32,000 nucleotides of DNA from Desulfobulbus propionicus DSM 2032 (GTDB lineage Bacteria > Desulfobacterota > Desulfobulbia > Desulfobulbales > Desulfobulbaceae), in NCBI RefSeq assembly GCF_000186885.1, contig NC_014972.1, forward strand, positions 1 to 32,000, in the 5' to 3' direction. Shown one piece after another: positions 1 to 8,241 of the stretch. A program made the translations under genes and the position numbers. Positions within the stretch are counted from its first letter, which is position 1. Each line of letters opens with the position of its first letter. The notes beneath the pieces were generated by a model that was given only the letters and a program-made list of their open reading frames with translations, was not told where the DNA came from and searched no databases.

Positions 1-32
1 AAAAAGCAAGAGAACTGTTCACTGGGAAGCGA

Positions 33-47
33 GAGTATAGTATACTC
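33..47. promoter_or_regulatory. 15-bp perfect palindrome GAGTATA-G-TATACTC just upstream of parA; contains two -10-like hexamers (TATAGT, TATACT)
   Basis: Read directly: gagtatagtatactc at 33-47, ending 5 nt before the ATG at 53. A role as operator or -10 element is inference only. Confidence 0.3.
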
Positions 48-52
48 CCCGA

Positions 53-868
53 ATGTTTCATCAACAAAGAGTTGTCGGGAGAATATTTACCTTGGATACA
101 CACATCATCGCCCTTGCCAACCAGAAGGGCGGCGTCGGCAAGACCACCACTGCGTTGAACCTGGCGGCCGTACTGGCCGACAAGGGGAAGAAAGTACTGC
201 TGGTGGATTCCGATCCGCAGGGGAATGCTTCCAGCGGGGTCGGACTGTTCAATACCAATGAGGACAAGAATATCTACAGCTGCTACACCGGCGCCAAGGA
301 GGCCGTCGACTGCATTTTGCCCACCAAACAGAAGAATCTCTCCATCCTCCCGGCTTCCATTGATCTGGTCGGGGTCGAGGTGGAGTTGATCAGTCAGGAG
401 AATCGGGAGAAACGGCTTAAAGCCCTGCTTCGCCCGGTGCGGGAACAGTTCCACTACATTTTGATCGACTGCCCCCCTTCCCTGGGCATGCTCACCATCA
501 ACAGTCTTACCGCCGCCGACTCGGTGCTGATCCCCATGCAGTGTGAATATTTCGCCATGGAAGGACTGGCCCAGTTGATCCAGACCATCCGCAAGGTGAA
601 AAAGACCCTGAATCGCGAACTGTATGTCGAGGGGCTGTTGCTCACCATGTACGACCGTCGCAATCGGTTGACCCATTCGGTGGCCAGCGAGATTCAAAAG
701 CACTTTGGCGACCAGGTCTACAAGACCGTCATTCCACGTAATGTCCGGCTGAGTGAAAGCCCCAGCCACGGACAGACGATCATCGAATACGATCCCGGCA
801 GTACCGGGGCCAAGGCCTACCGGCAGCTGGGCGGCGAATTCCTCAAACGAACCAAGGCGAGGGCCTGA
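53..868 (+). CDS. parA: ParA/Soj chromosome partitioning ATPase
   Basis: 271-aa ORF. Deviant Walker A NQKGGVGKTTTALNLA, plus LLVDSDPQGNAS and ILIDCPPSLG. parB follows after a 2-nt gap. An alternative TTG start at 92 would give MDTHIIALANQKGGVGKTT. Confidence 0.92.
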   Translation: MFHQQRVVGRIFTLDTHIIALANQKGGVGKTTTALNLAAVLADKGKKVLLVDSDPQGNASSGVGLFNTNEDKNIYSCYTGAKEAVDCILPTKQKNLSILPASIDLVGVEVELISQENREKRLKALLRPVREQFHYILIDCPPSLGMLTINSLTAADSVLIPMQCEYFAMEGLAQLIQTIRKVKKTLNRELYVEGLLLTMYDRRNRLTHSVASEIQKHFGDQVYKTVIPRNVRLSESPSHGQTIIEYDPGSTGAKAYRQLGGEFLKRTKARA

Positions 869-870
869 GC

Positions 871-1749
871 ATGGGCAAGAACCCCTTGGGCCGGGGCGTG
901 GGCGCCCTGCTGCCCGAAGATGACCTGGTCGCGGAAGATAAGTATTTTATGTGTGATATCGATAAAATATCGCCAAACCCTAATCAGCCGCGCAGCCATT
1001 TCGATGCCGACAAGCTGCAACAGTTGGCCGATTCTATCCGGGAGAAAGGTGTGATCCAGCCGCTGCTGGTCGTCAGGGGGGGCGGCAACCGGTATACCCT
1101 GGTTGCCGGCGAGCGGCGGCTGCGGGCCGCCAAGCTGGCAGGGCGCGACGAGGTTCCCGTGGTAGTCATGGACGAGGCCAGCGACAACGAGAGCCTGGAG
1201 CTGGCCCTGATCGAAAACATCCAGCGCCACGACCTCAACCCCATCGAGGAGGCCATGGCCTATGCCCGGTTGATGGAGGAATTTCATCTCACCCAGGAGG
1301 AGGTGGCGAAAAAGGTCGGCCGCCAGCGCTCCACCATCACCAATGTGCTGCGCCTCCTCCAGCTGCCGCAGCCCTTGCAGGACGATGTGGTCCAGGGGGT
1401 GATCAGCGAAGGGCATGCTCGCGTGCTGCTACGGGTCAAGGATCAGCCGGAACAGCTGCGCCAGATCCGCGACCGGATCGTCAACGAGGAACTGTCGGTG
1501 CGGGCGGCGGAGCGGCTGTGCGGCAAAAAGTCGCAGGCGCCGGCCACCGACAAGACCGGTGAAGCTACGGCTCCCAAGCCGCCGGCGGAAGAGCTCCCTC
1601 CGGCGTACTGCGCCGCCGTGGTCAATCAGTTGACCAATCAGCTGCACACCAAGGTGCGCATTGTCCAGCAGGGCAAGCGCGGCAAGCTGGAGATCGAATA
1701 CTACTCCAGCGATGACCTGGATCGGTTGACCAGTCTGCTGTTACGCTAA
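871..1749 (+). CDS. parB: ParB/Spo0J partition protein
   Basis: 292-aa ORF. N-terminal GRGVGALL, ParB box LVAGERRLRAAKLAG, and HTH-like LTQEEVAKKVGRQRSTITNVLRLLQLP. Confidence 0.92.
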   Translation: MGKNPLGRGVGALLPEDDLVAEDKYFMCDIDKISPNPNQPRSHFDADKLQQLADSIREKGVIQPLLVVRGGGNRYTLVAGERRLRAAKLAGRDEVPVVVMDEASDNESLELALIENIQRHDLNPIEEAMAYARLMEEFHLTQEEVAKKVGRQRSTITNVLRLLQLPQPLQDDVVQGVISEGHARVLLRVKDQPEQLRQIRDRIVNEELSVRAAERLCGKKSQAPATDKTGEATAPKPPAEELPPAYCAAVVNQLTNQLHTKVRIVQQGKRGKLEIEYYSSDDLDRLTSLLLR

Positions 1750-1766
1750 CGACCTTGGGAACCGGC

Positions 1767-1940
1767 ATGGCACCGCGGCGATCACCAGGCCCGAGCAAGG
1801 AGCGGCAAAGGCGCATTGCCCCCTTGGTGGTGATCGGTTTTTTTCTACTTCTGCTGCTGATCGGCATTGCCGTCGATGAGCCGACGCGGGTGCTCGAACA
1901 GGCCCGTGCCATCTGCCTGGGCTGCATCGGGATCGGGTGA
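1767..1940 (+). CDS. Small membrane protein with C-terminal CXXC motif (resembles the CD1871A-type CXXC miniproteins found next to NapH-like polyferredoxins)
   Basis: 57 aa from ATG 1767 (the ORF-track entry starts at TTG 1755). One hydrophobic helix IAPLVVIGFFLLLLLIGIAV and a C-terminal ICLGCIGIG. Its stop overlaps the next gene's GTG start (GTGA at 1937-1940). No clear SD. Confidence 0.45.
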   Translation: MAPRRSPGPSKERQRRIAPLVVIGFFLLLLLIGIAVDEPTRVLEQARAICLGCIGIG

Positions 1941-2857
1941 ACGGGCTGGACATGGAAACCCTGCGCAGATGGATCCAGATCCTGTGGCTGTTCCTGTCCA
2001 ATGGCTATTGGGGATTTCCTTGGAGCGGCACGCTCTATCAGGGACCGCTGAAAGTGCTCTGCTCGCCCGGCCTCAACTGCTATTCCTGCCCGGCCTCGAC
2101 CACCTTTTGCCCCATCGGCAGTCTTCAACAGTTGCTGCTGGGGGTGCGGATGTCGCTCCAGGCCGGGCAATACCATCTCGGCACCTATGTACTGGGCAGC
2201 ATGGGCTTGCTCGGTGCCCTATTCGGGCGGTTGCTCTGCGGTTGGGCCTGCCCCTTCGGCCTAGTGCAAGAGTGGCTGCACCGCATCCCCTCACCCACAT
2301 TCGCTGTGCCACGGGTGCTGGGCTGGGGCAAGTATCTGGTGTTGCTGCTGCTGGTGCTTGTGCTGCCGCTGGTAGTGGTCGATGAGTTCGGCATGGGCAA
2401 ACCCTGGTTCTGCACCTATCTCTGCCCGGCCGGCACCCTGGAGGCAGGCATTCCCATGCTGCTCCTCAGCCCGGATCTGCGGCCCGCCGCCGGCCTGCTC
2501 TATGGCTACAAACTGGCTCTCCTGGCGTCTCTCCTCCTGTGGAGCATCGTCGCTTCCCGGCCATTTTGCCGCACCCTCTGCCCCCTGGGCGCTTTTTACG
2601 GCCTGTTGAACCGGTACAGCCTGATTCAGTTGAAATTTACTGCCGATGCCTGTACAAAGTGCGGTGCGTGCCATCGGGTGTGCCCGGTGGGCGTTCGCGT
2701 TGACGAATCGCCGAACAGTGCCGAATGCATCCGCTGCCTGCGTTGCTGCACCGAGTGCCGTCAGCAGGCGCTGTCCCTGGACATTGCCGGGCACACGCTT
2801 TCGTTGGCGGCGAGGACATCGCCCGATCCATCCTGCAATCAAGGAGCCCGGTCATGA
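1937..2857 (+). CDS. NapH/MauN-like integral membrane 4Fe-4S polyferredoxin
   Basis: 306 aa. Hydrophobic segments interleaved with CxxCP-type motifs (CYSCPAST, CGWACPFG, CTYLCPAG, CRTLCPLG). Two C-terminal ferredoxin motifs (CTKCGACHRVCP, CIRCLRCCTEC). The start could be ATG 1952 instead of GTG 1937. Confidence 0.75.
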   Translation: MNGLDMETLRRWIQILWLFLSNGYWGFPWSGTLYQGPLKVLCSPGLNCYSCPASTTFCPIGSLQQLLLGVRMSLQAGQYHLGTYVLGSMGLLGALFGRLLCGWACPFGLVQEWLHRIPSPTFAVPRVLGWGKYLVLLLLVLVLPLVVVDEFGMGKPWFCTYLCPAGTLEAGIPMLLLSPDLRPAAGLLYGYKLALLASLLLWSIVASRPFCRTLCPLGAFYGLLNRYSLIQLKFTADACTKCGACHRVCPVGVRVDESPNSAECIRCLRCCTECRQQALSLDIAGHTLSLAARTSPDPSCNQGARS

Positions 2858-3315
2858 CCTTGCGACGTGCTCTGTTTGCCTGCACTGTTTCGCTGTTGCT
2901 GCTGGTCCGTTCCGTTGCTGCGGCCGAGATGGTATCCATTGCCGGCGAGGAGATCAACATGCGCTCCGGTCCAGGCACCGAGCATGAGGTGTTGTGGAAA
3001 ATCAGCGACGGATTCCCGCTCGAGGTGCTCGCCACCAAGGGCGACTGGTTGCAGGTCCAGGATTTTGAGGGCAGCAGCGGGTGGGTGCACAAGAAAACCA
3101 CCCGGGCCACGCCGCACATGATCGTCAAGGCCAACCGCGGCACCGCGCAGCAGATCAACGTGCGCCGCGAACCGAGCACCAAGGCCGCGGTGGTGGCAAC
3201 GGCCAGTTACGGTGTGGTGTTCAAGACCCTGGAACGTCAAGGCACCTGGGTCAAGGTCGAGCACGGCCAAGGGGTAACCGGGTGGGTTGAAGGCAGCCTG
3301 CTTTGGGGGTTCTAG
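2854..3315 (+). CDS. Secreted protein with two bacterial SH3 (SH3b) domains
   Basis: ATG 2854 with AAGGAG 7 nt upstream; ATGA overlap with the stop of the preceding gene. Signal peptide MTLRRALFACTVSLLLLVRSVAAAE. Two SH3b-like segments (INMRSGPG...GDWLQVQ...GWVH and INVRREPS...GTWVKVE...GWVE). The ORF-track start at 2725 was rejected as an upstream extension. Confidence 0.7.
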   Translation: MTLRRALFACTVSLLLLVRSVAAAEMVSIAGEEINMRSGPGTEHEVLWKISDGFPLEVLATKGDWLQVQDFEGSSGWVHKKTTRATPHMIVKANRGTAQQINVRREPSTKAAVVATASYGVVFKTLERQGTWVKVEHGQGVTGWVEGSLLWGF

Positions 3316-3417
3316 GCCCGAGTTTCGCAGCGAAAGTCAGCGTCCCGTTTTTTCATCGTTCCCATCCTTCCGCTTCGGCACGGTATCAGCTCCGTTGGGT
3401 TGCGAGGTTTTGGAAAT

Positions 3418-4236
3418 ATGTACGACGTAACCCGATCGATCCCGATGATTCCCGACAAGAAACTGATCAAACTCCGGTTCGAGCAGGCCGCCGCCACCTA
3501 CGAACAGCAGGCAACGGTGCAGCATCGAGTGGCTGACCGCCTCCTGGGCTTGCTGAACGACAGCGCCCCCGGGGTGACCCCGGAACAGATTCTCGAGATC
3601 GGCTGCTGCACGGGACTGCTCACCGAAAAGGTGCTGGAGCGCTACCCGTCGATCCAGCAGCTGACGGTCAGCGACCTGGTGGCCGCCTTCGAACAGTGCG
3701 TGTGCCGCAAGGCTGGTCTCCGGGTCGACAATATCACCTTCTTGGCTGGGGATATCGAAACGATTCGGCTGCCGGCACGCTATGATTTGATCATTTCCTC
3801 GTCCACCCTGCACTGGGTGCATGATCTGCCGGCGTTGTGCGCCAAACTGCATCGTCACCTGCAGCCCCAGGGCACCCTGGCGTTTTCCCTCTACGGCAAG
3901 GACAATCTGGCCGAGATTCGCGCCGTGACCGGCGTGGGGCTGGCCTATCGCAATCTGGATCAGCTGCGGACAGTGGTGGCGGAACGGTTCGACATTCTGG
4001 CCGCCGAGGAGACACGGGAAACCCTGTGGTATCCGGACCCGATCGCCGTGCTCCAGCACCTGCGGGCCACCGGCGTCAATTCGATCGGTCAACGCCCCTG
4101 GACCAGACGCCAGGTTAACGCCTTCAGCCACGCGTACAGAGATCGGTTCTCCGGCCAGCAGGGCGTCCGTCTGACCTATCATCCGATGTTCATTGTGGCC
4201 CGCCCCCGGTACCAGGCAGAGGGACGGATCGGTTAG
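3418..4236 (+). CDS. bioC: Malonyl-ACP O-methyltransferase BioC-like SAM-dependent methyltransferase
   Basis: BioC-like N-terminus (KKLIKLRFEQAAATYEQQATVQHRVADRL), SAM-binding motif ILEIGCCTG, LIISSSTLHW, and adjacency to bioD. The start is ambiguous (ATG 3418 or ATG 3445; the ORF track uses TTG 3400). Confidence 0.7.
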   Translation: MYDVTRSIPMIPDKKLIKLRFEQAAATYEQQATVQHRVADRLLGLLNDSAPGVTPEQILEIGCCTGLLTEKVLERYPSIQQLTVSDLVAAFEQCVCRKAGLRVDNITFLAGDIETIRLPARYDLIISSSTLHWVHDLPALCAKLHRHLQPQGTLAFSLYGKDNLAEIRAVTGVGLAYRNLDQLRTVVAERFDILAAEETRETLWYPDPIAVLQHLRATGVNSIGQRPWTRRQVNAFSHAYRDRFSGQQGVRLTYHPMFIVARPRYQAEGRIG

Positions 4237-4261
4237 TCTTCATCCTCCGCGAGGAATACGC

Positions 4262-4966
4262 ATGACCGCAGCGCACGTCACCATTGCCGTGGGCGGCATC
4301 GATACCGATGTCGGCAAGAGTTATGTGACCGGGTTGTTCGCCCGGTATCTCATCCAGCAGGGGCACAAGGTCACCACCCTCAAACTGGTGCAGACCGGCT
4401 GCGCCGAAACGTCTGATGATATTCGCCTTCACCGGCAGCTGATGGGCCAGCCGTTGTCCGCGTTTGACCGCGATGGCACCACCTGTCCGTACGTCTTTCC
4501 CTATCCGGCCTCGCCGCTGCTGTCGGCCCGCATGGTCGGCCGGGTGATCGAGGCCCAGGTTTTGGACCGGGCCATGGCCACCCTACAGGAGCACCATGAC
4601 TGGCTCTTGGTGGAGGGAGCCGGTGGTCTGCTGGTGCCGCTCAACCCGGAGCTGCTGCTGCTCGACTATTTTGCCGCGAGGCAGCTGCCGATGCTCCTTG
4701 TCTGCTCGCCCCGCCTTGGGTCGATCAATCATACCCGGCTCAGCCTCGAGGCGATCAAGGCACGCCGCATTCCCTTGTTGGGATTGGTTTATAATCTGTT
4801 TGGCAATCACCCCCGCGAAATCGTCCAGGACACCCTGCTCGAATGCCGCAAGGCCCTGCGCGATTACGGCTTTGCCGAAACCCTGGTGATCGTCCCCGAT
4901 GCCAGGGAAAGCACCTCCGCCGCCTGGCAGACCTTGGTCACTGCCGCCCAACAGCTGCGTTCATAA
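4262..4966 (+). CDS. bioD: Dethiobiotin synthase
   Basis: ATG 4262 preceded by GAGGA. P-loop VGGIDTDVGKSYVTG, LVEGAGGLLVPL, and GSINHTRLS typical of BioD. Confidence 0.8.
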   Translation: MTAAHVTIAVGGIDTDVGKSYVTGLFARYLIQQGHKVTTLKLVQTGCAETSDDIRLHRQLMGQPLSAFDRDGTTCPYVFPYPASPLLSARMVGRVIEAQVLDRAMATLQEHHDWLLVEGAGGLLVPLNPELLLLDYFAARQLPMLLVCSPRLGSINHTRLSLEAIKARRIPLLGLVYNLFGNHPREIVQDTLLECRKALRDYGFAETLVIVPDARESTSAAWQTLVTAAQQLRS

Positions 4967-5423
4967 CCAGGCCAGCGCGGCTGGCCCTCCCCCCTTGTTC
5001 ATCGCTGTTTGCCAGCACAAACGGCGGGTGAACGATTGTCTCCCGCACGTCTTCACGCTACCGCCACGCATCTTTTCGCCCCCGGTTGACCGTTTTCTTC
5101 CCTGCTCGTTTTGCTCCTTCGTGTTTCGTGATCCTGCGCTGCATCGCATCGGCGCAGTGGGGCATGTCCCGCCCGCATGGGCTGTCCATTGAGGTAGAAG
5201 GAGGATTTTGTGCGTAATGGGCGATTATCGCCGCAACAAAAAAAGCGAGAGGCCGACAAAAAACGGGCAACAAGCAATCCCCTTGCGCTGCGAGTATTGG
5301 CGATCAGGGAGAGGAGAAGACAGTTTTGAAAAATAATAATTTCCGCTTATTGGCAACCATGTGGAGGGGTTCTGGGGCTACCAATGAATCAACTTGTGCG
5401 ATATGTGCAAAATAGAAAATATA

Positions 5424-5452
5424 TTGCGAAGAATGGCCGCCTTTTCTATAGA
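5424..5452 (+). promoter_or_regulatory. Candidate sigma70-type promoter for the hdr-mvh operon (TTGCGA - 17 bp - TATAGA)
   Basis: Hexamers and spacing read directly, in the AT-rich part of the hdrA upstream gap. Several other AT-rich hexamer pairs nearby are equally possible. Confidence 0.25.
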
Positions 5453-5480
5453 AAGGGCACCTGTGTGATCGCCGGGACAG

Positions 5481-5504
5481 TTTTCAGTAAAATAGAACTG
5501 AAAA
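5481..5504. promoter_or_regulatory. Perfect inverted repeat TTTTCAGT-N8-ACTGAAAA, candidate operator upstream of hdrA
   Basis: Read directly: ttttcagt (5481-5488), aaaataga, actgaaaa (5497-5504). It ends 100 nt upstream of the hdrA ATG. Binding of a regulator is inference. Confidence 0.3.
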
Positions 5505-5604
5505 ATCAATAAAATATATGTCAAAACCGGTGACAGCAGAAAAGGCCAGCTGGCCTGTGGGCGCGAATTCGCGGAGACCTATTATTTGAGAGAAGGAGGC
5601 CTGT

Positions 5605-7614
5605 ATGGCGAAAGTCGGAGTGTACGTCTGTCATTGCGGTTCCAACATTGCCGGCGTCATCGACGTGGCGGCGGTCCGCGACTTTGCGGAAACGCTTCCC
5701 GATGTGGTGATTGCGCGCAAGGATCTGTTCATGTGCTCGGATTCAGGGCAGGAGATGGTCAAGCAGGATGTCCGCGACGGCGTGGTGGACCGGGTCGTGG
5801 TCGCTGCCTGTACGCCGCGAACCCACGAGCCGATCTTCCGCGCGGCCGTCGAAAAGGCCGGGCTCAACAAGTACCTGTTCGAGATGGCCAATATCCGTGA
5901 CCAGGACAGCTGGGTCCATGCCCACGATCACGAGGGTGCCACCGAGAAAGCCAAGCAGATTGTGGCTTCGGCCGTGGCCAAGGCCCGCAATCTCGAACCG
6001 CTGGAAGACAAGTTTGTGCCGGTCACCGACGCGGCCCTGGTCATTGGCGCGGGCATCGGCGGCATCAGCGCCGCCCTGGAACTGGCCAACATGGGCCACA
6101 AGACCTATCTGGTCGAAAAACGCCCCTCCATTGGAGGTGTGATGGCCCAACTCGACAAGACCTTTCCCACCAACGACTGCTCGGCCTGTATCCTCACGCC
6201 GATGATGGTCGAGGCCTATAACCACCCCAACATCGAAACCATGACCTATTCGGAGGTGGACGATGTCAGCGGCTATATCGGCAACTTCAAGGTCAAGGTG
6301 CGGCGCAAGCAGACCTATGTCGACTGGAACAAGTGCACCGGCTGCGGCGACTGCGCCTCCAAGTGCCCCGCCAAGACCCCGGACGAGTTCAATGCCGGCC
6401 TCTCCGACCGCCGGGCCGCCTTCATCATGTTCCCGCAGGCGGTGCCGAAAAAGGCGGTGATCGACATCGACCATTGCATCAACTGCGCTGGCCGCGAAAT
6501 CGGCACCCAGCCGAAAAGCAACCAGAAGACCGGCCGGCCGATCCTCGCGCCCTGCGAACGCGCCTGTCCGGCCGAGGCCATCAACCGCTCCCTTGCCCAT
6601 GACCCGAACGGAACGATCCGCGAGATCGAGGTCGGCTCCATCGTCGTCGCCACCGGCTATCAGGTGATGGACAAGGACTGGTTCAAGGAAATGGCCCCAG
6701 CCTCGCCCAATGTCATCACCGCCTTGCAGCTGGAGCGCATCATCTCCGCCACCGGGCCGACCGAGGGCAAGCTGCTGCGGCCCTCGGATCACGAAAAGCC
6801 GCACACCATCACCTTTGTCTCCTGCATGGGCTCGCGCGACGAGCACTTCCACTCCTACTGTTCGCGTTTCTGCTGCATGTACATGATCAAGCAGGCCCGC
6901 CTGATCAAGGAGAAGTACCCACAGATCACCATCAACATGCACTTCATCGATGTGCGCGCCTTTGGCAAGGGCTACGAGGAGTACTACACCGGCGCCCGCA
7001 AGATGGGGATCAACTTCTTCAAAGGCAAGGTCGGCGGGCTGGAGATGCTGCCCGGCGACAAGTTGCGCGTGCTCGCCTACGACATGGAGGCCGCCACCCC
7101 GATCGAGTACGCGTCCGACCTGGTGGTTCTGGCCACGGCGGTCGAGTTGCCCAAGGATGCGGTGGGCCTGGCGCAGAAGCTTGGCCTCCAGTTCTGCGGC
7201 TCCAACTTCTTCCGCGAACTGCATCCCAAACTGGGACCGGTCGAAACCGCGGTCGAAGGCCTGTTCGTGGCCGGCTGCTGTCAGGGGCCCAAGGATATCC
7301 CCGACACCGTGGCCCAGGCCAAGGGGGCTGCCGCTGCCGCTGCCGTGCCCCTGGCCCAGGGCAAGGTCAAGATCGAGCCGATCATCTCCGAGGTGCATCA
7401 GGAGATCTGCTCCGGTTGCGGCATCTGCGTGCCGCTCTGTCCCTACCACGCCATCAGCATGCAACCCTCTGACAATGGCCCTAGAGCCCGGATCGAGATG
7501 AGTGCCTGCAAGGGCTGCGGCGTCTGCACCTCGGCCTGCCCGTCTGGCGCCATTGTCCTGCACGGCTATGAAGAAGCGCAGATTTTCGCCCAGATCGAGG
7601 CGCTGACCGCCTGA
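5605..7614 (+). CDS. hdrA: Heterodisulfide reductase subunit A (FAD- and Fe-S-containing, HdrA)
   Basis: 669 aa, with SD GAAGGAGG upstream. N-terminal Cys domain VYVCHCGSNIAG, FAD fold ALVIGAGIGGISAALELA, and two C-terminal ferredoxin motifs (CSGCGICVPLCP, CKGCGVCTSACP). hdrC, hdrB and mvhDGA follow. Confidence 0.9.
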   Translation: MAKVGVYVCHCGSNIAGVIDVAAVRDFAETLPDVVIARKDLFMCSDSGQEMVKQDVRDGVVDRVVVAACTPRTHEPIFRAAVEKAGLNKYLFEMANIRDQDSWVHAHDHEGATEKAKQIVASAVAKARNLEPLEDKFVPVTDAALVIGAGIGGISAALELANMGHKTYLVEKRPSIGGVMAQLDKTFPTNDCSACILTPMMVEAYNHPNIETMTYSEVDDVSGYIGNFKVKVRRKQTYVDWNKCTGCGDCASKCPAKTPDEFNAGLSDRRAAFIMFPQAVPKKAVIDIDHCINCAGREIGTQPKSNQKTGRPILAPCERACPAEAINRSLAHDPNGTIREIEVGSIVVATGYQVMDKDWFKEMAPASPNVITALQLERIISATGPTEGKLLRPSDHEKPHTITFVSCMGSRDEHFHSYCSRFCCMYMIKQARLIKEKYPQITINMHFIDVRAFGKGYEEYYTGARKMGINFFKGKVGGLEMLPGDKLRVLAYDMEAATPIEYASDLVVLATAVELPKDAVGLAQKLGLQFCGSNFFRELHPKLGPVETAVEGLFVAGCCQGPKDIPDTVAQAKGAAAAAAVPLAQGKVKIEPIISEVHQEICSGCGICVPLCPYHAISMQPSDNGPRARIEMSACKGCGVCTSACPSGAIVLHGYEEAQIFAQIEALTA

Positions 7615-7628
7615 GAGGAGAGACCATC

Positions 7629-8132
7629 ATGATTATCGACCAAAGCAAAATCGACGAGGCCATCGCTACCATTATCGGCTACGGCGGCCACAACATCCTC
7701 AACTGCATCCAATGCGGCGCCTGTTCGGCGGTCTGTCCCGGGGTCCGCGCCGGATTCCCCCTGCTGTGCCGCACCCTGATCCGTCACCTGCAGAGCGGCG
7801 AGCTGGAGGAGATCATCGAAGACGCCTCCAGTTGGGGCTGCCAGGCCTGCAACCGCTGCACCGAGGTCTGCCCGCGCGACGTGCGCCCGCAGGAGGTGGT
7901 GTTTGCCTTTCGCCGCTACCAGGCCAATCAGCTGGCCTTTTCGACCTCCTCGGTCACCAGCCAGATGAACCTGTTCGAGACCGGGCACGCGGTGTACACC
8001 GACCCCCGCGAGCTGCGCACGCGGGTGGGGCTGCCGGCCCAGACGCCGACCTCCGCCTTTGACGACCAGGCCAAGCAGGAAATCCAGACCCTGATCAACA
8101 ACAGCCCCATGGGCGAGTTGGGACTCTTTTAA
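7629..8132 (+). CDS. hdrC: Heterodisulfide reductase subunit C
   Basis: 167 aa. Two 4Fe-4S motifs, CIQCGACSAVCP and CQACNRCTEVCP, in the HdrC arrangement. SD GAGAGGAGAG upstream. Confidence 0.85.
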   Translation: MIIDQSKIDEAIATIIGYGGHNILNCIQCGACSAVCPGVRAGFPLLCRTLIRHLQSGELEEIIEDASSWGCQACNRCTEVCPRDVRPQEVVFAFRRYQANQLAFSTSSVTSQMNLFETGHAVYTDPRELRTRVGLPAQTPTSAFDDQAKQEIQTLINNSPMGELGLF

Positions 8133-8241
8133 CCAGCAGAGTTGGACCAGATTGCCCAACCGCACAACGAACAATGAATAAGGAGTCTTGGCAGAGGAGC
8201 TTTTTCGCCCCGGGACTCTTTTCATAGACAAGGTGAAACTC

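Noticed and set aside
1-1749. Search for a parS centromere site (TGTTNCACGTGAAACA-like) near parAB
   Set aside because: Only half-site-like fragments were found, for example ctgttcactggg at 15-26 and isolated GTTTCAC elsewhere. No palindromic 16-mer, so no parS call.
4970-4986. Hairpin GGCCAGC-GCG-GCTGGCC just after the bioD stop as a terminator
   Set aside because: A short 7-bp stem with a 3-nt loop, followed by CTCCCCCC rather than a T tract. Not convincing as an intrinsic terminator.
5743-7563. 606-aa minus-strand ORF antisense to hdrA
   Set aside because: It lies entirely within hdrA, which has unmistakable Fe-S/FAD motifs. The translation has the Gly/Arg/Asp/Ala/His-rich, motif-free composition typical of shadow frames in high-GC DNA.
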